A DNA stretch of 64,000 nucleotides from Planctomycetales bacterium 10988 (GCA_009664345.1 CP043547.1:2072709-2136708); one strand, 5' to 3'. Shown: positions 9,538 through 19,485, counted from the first letter of the stretch. Program-made: numbers and translations. The notes: generated from the letters alone by a model not told the origin.

Positions 9538-10164
9538 TCAATAACTCATCCGAATCCCACGTTTGCGGATTTCTTCGACAAGTTGCGGGGTGTTGCGGTA
9601 TTGAACCGCATCGATGCCAATGGCTTTGGCCCCTTCCACATGTCCCGCGATGTCATCGATATAAAAAATGTCTTCCGGAGGGACTTTGGCGGTTTCACTC
9701 GCAAGATGAAAAATCTCGGCAGCGGGTTTGATGGAGCCAGCTTCATAGCTCAAGATGCAAACCTCAAACACGCTGGGGATCAGGCTGTATTGGTGCTTGC
9801 AAATCCATTGCCAATGCAATTCGTTGGTGTTGGACAGAAGGCCCAATCGATAACCAGCCAAGGTCAAATGCCCGAGAATAGGCAAAATGGAAGGGTTGAG
9901 TTCAAAAATATCCCCGGCGGCTTCGGCAACGTTCTCAAAGGGAGGTTTTTTCCCAAACCGTTCGCACATCGTTCGATAGAGCGATTGGGCCTTCACTTTG
10001 CCTGCCTCAAAACGCAACTCGACAGGGTCTTCCGCATTGAACAGGAATTGCCGGATCGCTTCTTCCGAAACGCCGAACTGCTCCCCGATTTGGCGGCACA
10101 TCAAGGCATGGTCAAAAAAGAGCAAGACATTGCCCAAGTCAAAATAGATAAACTTCGGCGGCAT
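9538..10164 (-). CDS. HAD-superfamily phosphatase, YihX-like
   Basis: N-terminus MPPKFIYFDLGNVL matches the YihX-type motif I (FDLGNVI). The later YIDDIAGHVEGAKAIGIDAV region is a HAD motif III/IV. Confidence 0.8.
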   Translation of the reverse strand: MPPKFIYFDLGNVLLFFDHALMCRQIGEQFGVSEEAIRQFLFNAEDPVELRFEAGKVKAQSLYRTMCERFGKKPPFENVAEAAGDIFELNPSILPILGHLTLAGYRLGLLSNTNELHWQWICKHQYSLIPSVFEVCILSYEAGSIKPAAEIFHLASETAKVPPEDIFYIDDIAGHVEGAKAIGIDAVQYRNTPQLVEEIRKRGIRMSY

Positions 10165-10312
10165 AAGTGAGGAGCCAAAAGGAGTCGAGGAAAGAAGAAA
10201 GCTAAAACTTCAACTGTAGGGAAAAGTCCGTCTAGCTGTCTAGTACACTTTCGGGGAAGAAGGGGAGAAATTTGGTTGGAGAGAGTATTCTTTGGCAAAA
10301 TTACCCGCGAGA

Positions 10313-10500
10313 AAGGGAACGAATCGTGTTCGGTGTTCGGTTTTCAGTGTTCGGTACTTGGAGTGAGAGTCAGAGGCTGGTGAAAGTCGAATCAGTTTCA
10401 ATCCAAGTTTAAGATGGGTCTTTAAAGACCTTCAGAGTTTGAGAACGGGACGGTCTTCGGAGATTTTCACTCCGGGACCGAACACTGAAAACCGAACACA
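10313..10500. repeat. ERIC/MITE-like hairpin repeat, full copy B
   Basis: About 90% identical to copy A across arms and core. The right arm carries only two ccgaacactgaaaa units. The flanking hairpin tttccttgccaaacaaggaaa abuts the DUF1080 stop. Confidence 0.7.
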
Positions 10501-10547
10501 ATTCGCTCCATTCTCAAGTCGCTTTCCTTGCCAAACAAGGAAACTTT

Positions 10548-11273
10548 TTAATTCCCTATTTTCAAAATCCTAATATCCTTATATCTCGCTTCCATCGGTG
10601 GGCCGCTGTGGATTTGGAGGCCGATCAGACCTGTGAGGGGGATTTCATCGTCGGTTTCGGTATAATCGACGGTTTGGAAACCATTGATCCAAAGTTGAAT
10701 GCGTTTGCCTTCACAGAGAATGCGGTAGTCATTCCACTCCTCTTCCTTAAGATGCTCCATGATGGCGTCGTTTTCTGGCTGTTGGAGCACTTTGCGACGG
10801 CGGGATTCATCGTAAAGGGCTCCCCAGTAGTTATCGCCAAGATCGGCCTGATAGCCAATCATTTCATGATGATCAGGGATGCGTTCGCTGCGGATTTGAA
10901 TGCCGGCGTTGACCTTCTTTTCCCCTACGAGCTTGAATTTGAGCCGGAGTTCGAAGTCATCAAATCGCTCCTTGGTGCAGAGAAATTCATTTTGAGGAAT
11001 AGGATTTTCGAGAGAACCAGCGACAATCGCCCCATCTTCGACGCGAAATGTTTCCAGGTCCCCTTCCCATCCATCCAAGGATTCTCCATCAAAAAGCAAC
11101 TGAAAACCGGCTTCTTTTTCTTCCTCGGAAAGAAGGCTTTCTCCCTCATCGGCATGTCCGGGACCGGCTTGAACTGTAGGAATCGCGGTCGGCGGAGCTT
11201 CCACACAGCCTAATAAACCAACGAAAAGAAGCGAACAAAGAAGCACCAGCCGACAAGCAAACGGAATGGGCAT
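10548..11273 (-). CDS. DUF1080 (3-keto-disaccharide hydrolase family) lipoprotein
   Basis: Lipobox-like LLGC. LLFDGESLDGWEGD...GAIV...GIQIRSE...IGLQIH is the characteristic DUF1080 beta-sandwich pattern. Confidence 0.7.
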   Translation of the reverse strand: MPIPFACRLVLLCSLLFVGLLGCVEAPPTAIPTVQAGPGHADEGESLLSEEEKEAGFQLLFDGESLDGWEGDLETFRVEDGAIVAGSLENPIPQNEFLCTKERFDDFELRLKFKLVGEKKVNAGIQIRSERIPDHHEMIGYQADLGDNYWGALYDESRRRKVLQQPENDAIMEHLKEEEWNDYRILCEGKRIQLWINGFQTVDYTETDDEIPLTGLIGLQIHSGPPMEARYKDIRILKIGN

Positions 11274-11317
11274 GGGGATACCTTTTCACATGTTTTCAAA
11301 GAAATTGCGTAAGATGC

Positions 11318-12856
11318 CTAAAAGCTGGGACCAAAGGCATGCGGGGCGAGGGTCTTTAGCGGATTGCTTAGCTCGACGGATTGTAAATGATACCTTCGTG
11401 AGCCGAGAAGTTCCCCAGGGTTGGCGAAGTAATTATCGAGCGTAATCCTGTCTTGATCGGAGATGGCTTCCACATCCGTCCTTCGCGTATGCCGCGAGAT
11501 ATAAAGCACTTGATAGGTGCCGACACGGGGAAGATTCAGCAAATAATTGCCATCCAGATCGGCCTCGATGAGGCTTCCGCCGAGGCGTTCGATGCGGCGT
11601 TTGACCTCTTCCGGAGTCTCTCCGATTCCTCCTTGTGGCCAAACCTCTTGCGGATCAAGCTTCGGGGCTGGCCATTGAAACTCCGGTAAAATGAGAACTA
11701 GGGAGCCGGAATCGCCTTCAACGCGGCCAGGTTGCGATTCGTAAACGACCCGGCCTTCGAGGACAGTGCTCTCGACGACGCGTTCCAGTCCGCTGCTCAA
11801 CTCCTGGGCCTCTTGCTTCCCGGCATACCAGCCCCAAGCAAAGAGGGCGACCATCATGCCGGCAAAAATGAAGTACTGTAGGTAAAACCAAGTAATCAAA
11901 CCATTTTTCGACTGCGGGGCCGGTTTGGATTTTTTACGAACCGAGGATCGCGAGCGATACGATGGCGAATCGGGAATGATTAGCGGACTCGTCCCGGTCG
12001 CAATCGGGGTAGCCAGCGGGGGACCTGCCGGTTGCGTTGGTGGATGCTTGGGCGATGGCAAGAGTGTTCCTGAAGGCGGACCGGAAAGCGTTTCGACCGC
12101 TTGTGAGGTCGCTCGCTCGGGCTGTTTGTCGGGTTCAGTCTGGGCGGCCTTTGCCTCTACAGGAGCGGCTGGCTCGGGGCCGGGTTGTGAATTGGGGAAA
12201 AATCCCTCTTTAGGAGCCACCGGCGGAAGCGTGGCGGCAGGTGCGGAAGCCGGCGTTTCCGCTTGCGTCGAGTAGCGATCTCCGGGACGAACCGGATTGG
12301 CAGGGACTTTGTGGCGGGATTCGACCAGTGGCAAACGTCGCCAATCTTCTTCCTCACTGACCTCCTCATCTTCTTCGTCTTCATCATAGACGATGAATTC
12401 TTCGAAAAGGGTCTCCTCGGAATGGTCCTCTTCCGGTTGAGGAGAAGGAGCAAAGACCACTTCGCCAGAGAGGGATTCGCTTTCAGAGGTATCCTCGCTG
12501 GCCTCAATCGCCTCTTTCGTATCGGCTTCGCCAGTCGCTTCGTCCGCCGATTGGGAATCCCGAGGGCTCTCAAAGCGAATCGATTCTAAATTATCTTGCC
12601 CGTAAAGATGGAATTCCGAAGTGTCTTGTACCTGCAAATCTGGCGAAGATGAAGTGTTCTCTTCAGCAGAAATCGTCTCGGGACTCGGGTCTTGTTTCTT
12701 CGACGACTTTAAGGGCACCAAGGCACCAGAAACCGCATCTCGTTGAGGAACAACGACTTGCGATTCGCATTTCGGACAGGTGACCGCTTGTCCAATTTTC
12801 TTGCGGCCAACGCGAAGCAATTTTTGACACTGCGTACAGACAAAGCGGACGGGCAT
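11318..12856 (-). CDS. membrane protein with N-terminal C4 zinc ribbon and acidic low-complexity linker
   Basis: VCTQCQ...CPKCES zinc ribbon, then a long E/D/S/P-rich region, then one TM (WFYLQYFIFAGMMVALFAWGWY), then a 170-aa C-terminal domain of unknown function. Confidence 0.6.
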   Translation of the reverse strand: MPVRFVCTQCQKLLRVGRKKIGQAVTCPKCESQVVVPQRDAVSGALVPLKSSKKQDPSPETISAEENTSSSPDLQVQDTSEFHLYGQDNLESIRFESPRDSQSADEATGEADTKEAIEASEDTSESESLSGEVVFAPSPQPEEDHSEETLFEEFIVYDEDEEDEEVSEEEDWRRLPLVESRHKVPANPVRPGDRYSTQAETPASAPAATLPPVAPKEGFFPNSQPGPEPAAPVEAKAAQTEPDKQPERATSQAVETLSGPPSGTLLPSPKHPPTQPAGPPLATPIATGTSPLIIPDSPSYRSRSSVRKKSKPAPQSKNGLITWFYLQYFIFAGMMVALFAWGWYAGKQEAQELSSGLERVVESTVLEGRVVYESQPGRVEGDSGSLVLILPEFQWPAPKLDPQEVWPQGGIGETPEEVKRRIERLGGSLIEADLDGNYLLNLPRVGTYQVLYISRHTRRTDVEAISDQDRITLDNYFANPGELLGSRRYHLQSVELSNPLKTLAPHAFGPSF

Positions 12857-13032
12857 CGAACGGCATATCCCAATTGAGAGAAACGCAAAAGAACAAAGTC
12901 AGACGAATCAAGGAACTCGATGATTCTTCAGTCTAGCAATTTGGAAAGTCTATTGCCAGAAAAAAGCCTTGTTTTCTGCGGTAGCCACTTTTTGGGAAGG
13001 GTCAGATCTGGCGACTTCGATCACTCGCCGGA

Positions 13033-13308
13033 TTATTGATCTCCTTGTGGAATCGACCCTTGAGCGGCCCAGAGGTCTTGTGGAAGAGAAAATCCTAATT
13101 GACCGGCGGCCATGACGAAGACTAAGCCGATCAGCATTCCCATCCAACCGACTCCGGTAACTTCGGCAAAAGAGAGAAAGATGGCATTCATTTCACTATC
13201 TCCCACCCGCCGGCAGAGCCAAGCCGCTCCTTCCCAAAGCAAAGAAAGTGGCAAGAGAAAACAAGCTCCCGTTAAGAAAAACGCAATCAATCGTCGATTG
13301 TCCATCAA
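13033..13308 (-). CDS. possible small two-TM membrane protein
   Basis: 91-aa ORF with two hydrophobic helices in an otherwise empty 700 bp gap. No homology evidence. Confidence 0.3.
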   Translation of the reverse strand: MMDNRRLIAFFLTGACFLLPLSLLWEGAAWLCRRVGDSEMNAIFLSFAEVTGVGWMGMLIGLVFVMAAGQLGFSLPQDLWAAQGSIPQGDQ

Positions 13309-13570
13309 GAGAGTCTCCGAATTTGAGATTTGGGAAACATTTGCCTTTACATTTGCAGCGCCGGTGGGCAGCGGTCAAGAGCAATCTCACCGGCAAGCCG
13401 AAGACGTAAACCGGCTTGGTGAGAAAATAGCAAGGAAATAAGGAAGATTTATTGACGGATCCCCTCTTGCTGCGCCATAACGAATAGAAGAACCCCACTG
13501 AATCTGGCAGAGGTTTGCAGGAAGTTCCTCTCCAAATGATGAACATAGCCATAGACGCGATGAAGAAGAA

Positions 13571-16414
13571 ATGAGTATGCGAATGAATCAACAACTCCCG
13601 CCCTGCCCTGGTTTCGTTTTTGGCCTCTTCTCTCGCACTCTCGGAAGCCTCTGTTTAACAGCCCTCTTTCTCTTCGGGGCTTCCTCTTTCACACAAGCCG
13701 CCAAGATCGAACTTCAAGACGGTCGGGTGTTGGAAGGAAATCTAGGTCGCCTCGGCTCAATGATGTCGAACCGGACGGCAGCCCAGGCTGCGGAAGGGCC
13801 GAAGAGTATCTTGATGGTCGATACCGGTCTCAAGCGGGTTTTTATGCCGGATCGCCGCGTGCAAGAAGTCCTTAATGCCCCGGATACCGTTTGGGAACGG
13901 TTTGCGATTCCGCAACGTGGCGGCAATCGAGCCAGCCGTATTTCCAATGTCGGCGGAGTCCTCCGCGTCACTCCTTTTGACAAATGGGGACGTCGGACGT
14001 TCACGATCTCCAGCGCCGGTGGAGCGATTCCGGTTGTGCAAGGAATCACGCGGATTACTCCGAATTACACCCAAGTCGATGGGATTTCGCACAAGTGGGA
14101 TATGCGGATTGCGACCTCCTCCATTCCGATGGAGAAACTCAAAGAGGTCATCTATCAAAGCATCGATCCTACCGATGTCGAGCATCGCCTCCGGGTGGCT
14201 CGGTTCTATATTCAAATGGAACGCTATACCGAAGCGAAGGACGAACTGGCCAAAATTCAACGCGACTTTCCTAATCAACAAGGCCTCCCGCAGCAAATCG
14301 ACAGCGTCATTCAAGAGCTGACTCAGCTTCGCTCCCGTCGGATTTTGCAAGAAATCGAACTTCGACAAGAAGCCGCTCAGCATCAACTTGCCTATTCCAT
14401 GCTCGATTCCTTTCCCGTCGAAGGCGTTGCCGGAGCAATTTTGGCTCAAGTCCGCGACTATCTCGAAGAATATCGCAACGAAGGCAAACGCGCCGAACAG
14501 GCGTGGACGAAATTCAATCAACTGATGAAAGCTATTCCCGAAGCAGATCGCCGCCGTTTGGAGCCTTATCTCGATGAGATTTTCGGTCGGCAATATCTAC
14601 TCACTCCCAAGGAAACGATCAACTACTTGCGGCTTTGTACCTTGATTGAACAAGAAGCAATGCAGATGGACCCGTTGCGTTTTCCGCAAGAATCGGTCCT
14701 GCCCAGCCCTGGCCGCCGTATTGCCGAGTTGATTTCGCCTGCGGACAAGGCGTTGATTTTCAATGTCGCTTTTGAAGGAAATATCAGTCGGCTCGATCAA
14801 CAAGTCGTCATGCTGGCATTGAACGAAGTCTTGCAAAATCCGGACTTTTACACCGAAGCCGATTTCGCCGCCTTGAGCCTTCCGGTGGATGCCGAAGAGA
14901 TTCTCGCCATGCCCCCGAATGAACGGACCGAGGCGGAAACGACTCGGCTTAATCGGCTCTTGCTGCATGCTGCTTATCCCGAAGAGATCGGACCTTCACG
15001 CTTTGATGGGCTGACGATGGCGGGCTTGTTGCGACTCGAAGCCTTTTTGCAATTTGCGGATTCCAATCAACTTCCGCAAGAAAAACTCGCCCTGGCCGTC
15101 AGTGGTTGGCTGATGGGAAGTAATGCCGCGACGACGAATCTTCCGGTCGCTCTGTCCTTGGGGAAAGTTCGCGATTTGATTCGTGATTACATGAACGCGA
15201 ATTTTCAATTCGAACGCAAAAAGATCTTGGATGAGATGCGAACGCTGGAAGGTTCGACGCCGGAACAAGTCGCCCGCTTGCTCAAGAATATGCAGCCGAT
15301 TCTACGGACCTTGCCACAACAGCTTGAAGGTTTTTATGAGTTTGAAATTCCCACTGTCCAAGGGGAAGAGAACATCCATTACTTCGTGCAACTCCCGCCG
15401 GAGTACGATCCGAATACGAATTATCCGGCGATTGTGACTTTGCACGGAGTCGGAACCGTGGCCGCCCATCCGCTCTCCGATCGACTACCTGGAGACCTGC
15501 AACAACTGCCCAGCCAAATGGATTGGTGGGCCGGTCGTCCAGATGAACGGGGCGTTCGCTCCGGCCAAGCGATGCGAAATGGCTACATTGTGATTGCCCC
15601 TGAATGGGCGAAAGCGGGGCAAAAGTCGTACGAATATTCTCTCCGCGAACATGCCGCGGTTCTCGGTTCGCTACGAGATGCCTGCCGCCGTTTTGCTATC
15701 GACACAGACCGCGTTTTCCTCTCCGGTCACTCGATGGGAGGCGATGCCGTTTGGGACTTGAGCATGGCTCATCCTGACCTCTGGGCAGGCGTCATTCCGA
15801 TCGTCGGCGTGGCCGATTATTATACTGCTTTTTATTCAAAGAACGTCGAGGATTTGCCTTACTATATCATCAGCGGCGAACTCGATGGCGATAAGATGGT
15901 CCGCAACTCCCGAGAACTCGATCGGTTCATGAATCGAAATTATGATGTGACGTATGTAGAGTTTCTTGGCCGAGGGCATGAACATTTTGGCGATGAAATC
16001 CTGGAACTCTTCGAATGGATGAAACGCCGCCGCCGTGATTTTTCTCCATTGGAAATCGCAGCCGATACGATGCGGCCGTGGGATGATTTCTTCTGGTGGG
16101 TAGAGATCGGTGGTATGCCGAGAAATTTGATCGCCTACCCGAATGAATTTCCCATCCAACGCGGACAGCGAGTTGGCGATGTCGAGGCGAGAGTCCTCAA
16201 TAACAATAGCGTGCGAGTCAAAACCGCCGCGAATAACGTCACCGTGTGGCTCAGCCCAGATGTCATCGACTTCGGGGAACCTTGTGATGTCTTTGTCAAC
16301 AATCGCCGCATCAATAAGGAACGCTATGCCAAACCGGACATCGAAGTGCTGCTTGAAGATGTACGTACTCGCGGCGATCGGCAGCATCCTTTCTGGGCAA
16401 AAATCGCCAACTAA
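13571..16414 (+). CDS. secreted TPR/helical-repeat protein fused to a C-terminal alpha/beta-hydrolase (esterase/peptidase S9-like) domain
   Basis: N-terminal signal (LCLTALFLFGASSFTQA), a long helical middle, and a C-terminal GHSMGGDAVWD nucleophile elbow (GxSxG) with downstream Asp/His candidates. Confidence 0.75.
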   Translation: MSMRMNQQLPPCPGFVFGLFSRTLGSLCLTALFLFGASSFTQAAKIELQDGRVLEGNLGRLGSMMSNRTAAQAAEGPKSILMVDTGLKRVFMPDRRVQEVLNAPDTVWERFAIPQRGGNRASRISNVGGVLRVTPFDKWGRRTFTISSAGGAIPVVQGITRITPNYTQVDGISHKWDMRIATSSIPMEKLKEVIYQSIDPTDVEHRLRVARFYIQMERYTEAKDELAKIQRDFPNQQGLPQQIDSVIQELTQLRSRRILQEIELRQEAAQHQLAYSMLDSFPVEGVAGAILAQVRDYLEEYRNEGKRAEQAWTKFNQLMKAIPEADRRRLEPYLDEIFGRQYLLTPKETINYLRLCTLIEQEAMQMDPLRFPQESVLPSPGRRIAELISPADKALIFNVAFEGNISRLDQQVVMLALNEVLQNPDFYTEADFAALSLPVDAEEILAMPPNERTEAETTRLNRLLLHAAYPEEIGPSRFDGLTMAGLLRLEAFLQFADSNQLPQEKLALAVSGWLMGSNAATTNLPVALSLGKVRDLIRDYMNANFQFERKKILDEMRTLEGSTPEQVARLLKNMQPILRTLPQQLEGFYEFEIPTVQGEENIHYFVQLPPEYDPNTNYPAIVTLHGVGTVAAHPLSDRLPGDLQQLPSQMDWWAGRPDERGVRSGQAMRNGYIVIAPEWAKAGQKSYEYSLREHAAVLGSLRDACRRFAIDTDRVFLSGHSMGGDAVWDLSMAHPDLWAGVIPIVGVADYYTAFYSKNVEDLPYYIISGELDGDKMVRNSRELDRFMNRNYDVTYVEFLGRGHEHFGDEILELFEWMKRRRRDFSPLEIAADTMRPWDDFFWWVEIGGMPRNLIAYPNEFPIQRGQRVGDVEARVLNNNSVRVKTAANNVTVWLSPDVIDFGEPCDVFVNNRRINKERYAKPDIEVLLEDVRTRGDRQHPFWAKIAN

Positions 16415-16444
16415 CGCGATTTGATTAGCTGCTGACAAAAGAAA

Positions 16445-16486
16445 ACGAGCAAGGCACAGCGATTTGCACCTTGCTCGTTTGGTTCT
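16445..16486 (+). terminator. Rho-independent terminator-like hairpin
   Basis: acgagcaagg-cacagcgatttgca-ccttgctcgt followed by tttggtt. It sits between the convergent 13571..16414 and 16533..18398 genes. Confidence 0.5.
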
Positions 16487-16532
16487 CTTCTTCAAAAGTA
16501 CTTTTTGCAAAGAACGTGAAAAGTACTTTTGA

Positions 16533-18398
16533 CTATTTTCTCAACGTAAATCCAAAGACGGACCAGCCCCAATCTTCGGTCTTGCCGGAAAAGCCACCCG
16601 GTCCCAGGAAGCGGCGGACCACTTCATAGTCGGGAAGAAGTTCGCCTTTGATCTTGCGGAAGCGGTCTTCGTCATCGATCGCCAGTTGCAAGATACGACC
16701 CAAAAGCGAATCATCGTCGCGAAGATTTCCTTGCTTGATCAGCTCATAAGTCGGTTGCACGCTTTGCGTCACTCGATCGAAACCGCGGAAACTCTCAGGC
16801 CCTTCGACCTTTTGATCGAGCAGCTTCATGACGAAATTGTATTCCGTATCGTCCGGTCCCAGGGCTTTCCAATCGCTGCTTTGTTCCCCTTCGGAATATT
16901 GCAGAATCTTTTCCATCATCGGAATATGCGAACTGATCAGCAAATGCCCAAAGGCAACCGCCACGCCGGTCGGAGGCAAAGGCTTCGGATTCGGGTCTTC
17001 CGGAGTCGGTGGTGGCGGCTCATCGGAGACTTCATAAAAGAGATGCCCATTGACCGTGCGGGTCTTTGTATTGGGGTCTCCTTTAAAGGATTTGGCGATA
17101 TTGGCCGCAAGACGTTCCGGATCGGTGGTTTGAATCGCCATGATATTTTGACGGCTGTTCGTTGTGACCGGCAAGCGGACATCGCCGATGAACAGGGCTT
17201 GATTGCCGGTCAGTCCGGCTAAATCTTCCCGCATATCAATCCCGGTGCCGTACTCTTCATCCTTTTGGCTTTCGATCAAATCTTCAAAGGCGTTCGGTTC
17301 TTCGATATAAGCATCAAAGACCGAGGCAAACCCTTCGAAGGCTTCTTTCACATCCCAAAAGACCGTCACCACCGAGGCGACATCCGCCGGGACAAAGCCA
17401 GGGAGTTTGAACATTTCCCCAGCCGGAGTCTTCATCATTCGCATCCCTTTTTCATACGGCGGCTTGGCAATGACCATCGCTCGCCACATGGTATCGTAGG
17501 TGCGATCAATGTCGAGATTGAGATATCCCCCGATTGCTTCCAGCTTGAAGAAGCCTGCTTCACGGGCAATTCGCAAGGGATCGGGGCCATCTTCGTATTC
17601 GTCCCAAGGTTCATCGCGTTCCGCCCGCGAGGCTTCCGCCAAGGGAAAAGGACGTACAAAGCCCCGAGCATCGGGATTCAAATCGCCGGCCTGAGCGGCA
17701 CATGCTTTCATAATGCGGCTGAATTCCGCATCATCTTCCAGATTGAACGGCTTTTCAGGATTCTTTAAACGCTCAATAATGGCCGTCAGCAATGGCTTAT
17801 TGGTGGCCATCGCGAGGCAGTCTTCGGCATAGAAATAATAAAGCGATCCCTTTTCGCCGGCTTTTCGCAAGAGGCCATCGGTCTCGGGAGCGGGCACGTC
17901 ATAGAAAACGATTTCGATGCCACTAACGGTGCTGGTCGATTTCTTTGCCCCTTCCGCGATGAGGGAGTTTTCAGCTTTCTTCAAGAAATCATCGACTTCG
18001 GCCTTCCGATCGGTGACATCGAGAATCATGCTCGAACCGATCGTGCCATCTTCCAGTTTGGAAAGAATCATGGCCGCTTCACCGCTGGGCAATTTAACCA
18101 AGTCTTCAAACGTCACATCCGGTTCGGAATGCCGGGCGGTCCATTCATCCCAAATCAACTGTTCAAGATGATCGGTGAAAGGCTTCATCGACTCATCAGC
18201 GAAGAGCTTCCCCAAGTTTGTATTGTCGGCTTTTTCGCGGAATTCCGGCATATTGACAGCGTGAGTAAAAAACAAGGTGGACTCCGCATCCACCAAGGTC
18301 GCTGTCGCAGGAATCTCCGCCCGCAGTCCTCCTGTCATCAGCAAGCCCACCATCGCGACAACCGCCCAGGCTTGCTGTTTCCACCAAACGCAAGTCAT
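16533..18398 (-). CDS. hypothetical secreted protein
   Basis: Signal peptide (AVVAMVGLLMTGGLRA). 621-aa ORF with no recognisable domain. It lies downstream of the S1 protease gene on the same strand. Confidence 0.65.
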   Translation of the reverse strand: MTCVWWKQQAWAVVAMVGLLMTGGLRAEIPATATLVDAESTLFFTHAVNMPEFREKADNTNLGKLFADESMKPFTDHLEQLIWDEWTARHSEPDVTFEDLVKLPSGEAAMILSKLEDGTIGSSMILDVTDRKAEVDDFLKKAENSLIAEGAKKSTSTVSGIEIVFYDVPAPETDGLLRKAGEKGSLYYFYAEDCLAMATNKPLLTAIIERLKNPEKPFNLEDDAEFSRIMKACAAQAGDLNPDARGFVRPFPLAEASRAERDEPWDEYEDGPDPLRIAREAGFFKLEAIGGYLNLDIDRTYDTMWRAMVIAKPPYEKGMRMMKTPAGEMFKLPGFVPADVASVVTVFWDVKEAFEGFASVFDAYIEEPNAFEDLIESQKDEEYGTGIDMREDLAGLTGNQALFIGDVRLPVTTNSRQNIMAIQTTDPERLAANIAKSFKGDPNTKTRTVNGHLFYEVSDEPPPPTPEDPNPKPLPPTGVAVAFGHLLISSHIPMMEKILQYSEGEQSSDWKALGPDDTEYNFVMKLLDQKVEGPESFRGFDRVTQSVQPTYELIKQGNLRDDDSLLGRILQLAIDDEDRFRKIKGELLPDYEVVRRFLGPGGFSGKTEDWGWSVFGFTLRK

Positions 18399-18516
18399 GC
18401 GTTTCTCCTTTTTTGTATTCGAATGGTCTCAACCAAAGTTGTTCGTAAACATACTAGGGCAATTCTAGCGAAAGCACGGCATTTGACTATGGCACTTTGA
18501 TTCGGTCGCGATGTGT

Positions 18517-19485
18517 TTACGAAGAAGATTCCGTGACAGGCAAACCTTCGGTTCGTTTTGTTTTGCGACGAGGGGCATCTAAATAGCGAAAACCACTATT
18601 TGGATTATTCCGGTCATAGCTAAAGGCCTCCCGATTGTCCAAGAAGTGACGGACATACGAAATCGGAATTGCAAAGCCAAGCCCTTCGCCACCGAGGACC
18701 TTCATGCTGGTCACCCCGATTACTTGCCCGCGGAGATTAAAGAGAGGACCTCCCGAGTTGCCAGGGTTGATTTGAGCGGTCGTTTGTAGATAGATCAGCC
18801 CTCGCAGATTGCGATTTTTGGTACTGATAATCCCTTCGGAAACGGATCGTTCGAGACCCAACGGACTCCCAATGGCGAACGCCGGATCGCCCACGCGGAC
18901 TTCCTGTTCGGATTCCGCCAAGTACACCGGCTTAAAAGTTAAATCGTCTTGCTCCGGGATTTGGATCAAAGCTAAATCAAGAAAGGGATTGAGGGCGACA
19001 ATTTTGACCTTCTCAATCTGCCGGCGTTCGAAGCCAGAATTGCCTCGGCGGTAGATGGTGACAGCGATGCGGGTTTCGCCGGCAATCACATGATGATTGG
19101 TCATGCAATAACCCATCTCATTGATAATAAAGCCCGATCCCAACCCGCTGGGCGTTTGCACAAGGACGACCCCTTCGCCGAAACGGGCCGCTAAGTCACG
19201 AACATTGCTTTGCGGGAGATTGGCCGAACGATAAAAGCCGTTGGTTTCCGTCTCGCCTAGACCGGTCTCTTCCGCATCGGGATCACGGCGTCGGGCGATC
19301 TTTTCGGTAGGAATTCGCAGAATGGCTACGCCGACATCGATGATCACTTCATCCGGCCGATCCCGAATGATTTCCCCTTCCAAAGAATGCCCGCTTTTGA
19401 GTTCCAGAATCTCACCTGCTGAAAGCGAAGGTACCAACGAAAGCAAGACGACAAGCGAAACGGCAATCAAAGCAAAGCGATTCAA
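18517..19485 (-). CDS. trypsin-like serine protease (S1C/HtrA-like catalytic domain, no PDZ seen)
   Basis: Signal peptide; catalytic His context MTNHHVIAG; GNSGGPLFNLRGQVIGV Ser-195 motif. Confidence 0.8.
   Translation of the reverse strand: MNRFALIAVSLVVLLSLVPSLSAGEILELKSGHSLEGEIIRDRPDEVIIDVGVAILRIPTEKIARRRDPDAEETGLGETETNGFYRSANLPQSNVRDLAARFGEGVVLVQTPSGLGSGFIINEMGYCMTNHHVIAGETRIAVTIYRRGNSGFERRQIEKVKIVALNPFLDLALIQIPEQDDLTFKPVYLAESEQEVRVGDPAFAIGSPLGLERSVSEGIISTKNRNLRGLIYLQTTAQINPGNSGGPLFNLRGQVIGVTSMKVLGGEGLGFAIPISYVRHFLDNREAFSYDRNNPNSGFRYLDAPRRKTKRTEGLPVTESSS

Noticed and set aside
13757-14593. 278-aa minus-strand ORF
   Set aside because: Entirely antisense within the well-supported TPR-hydrolase gene.
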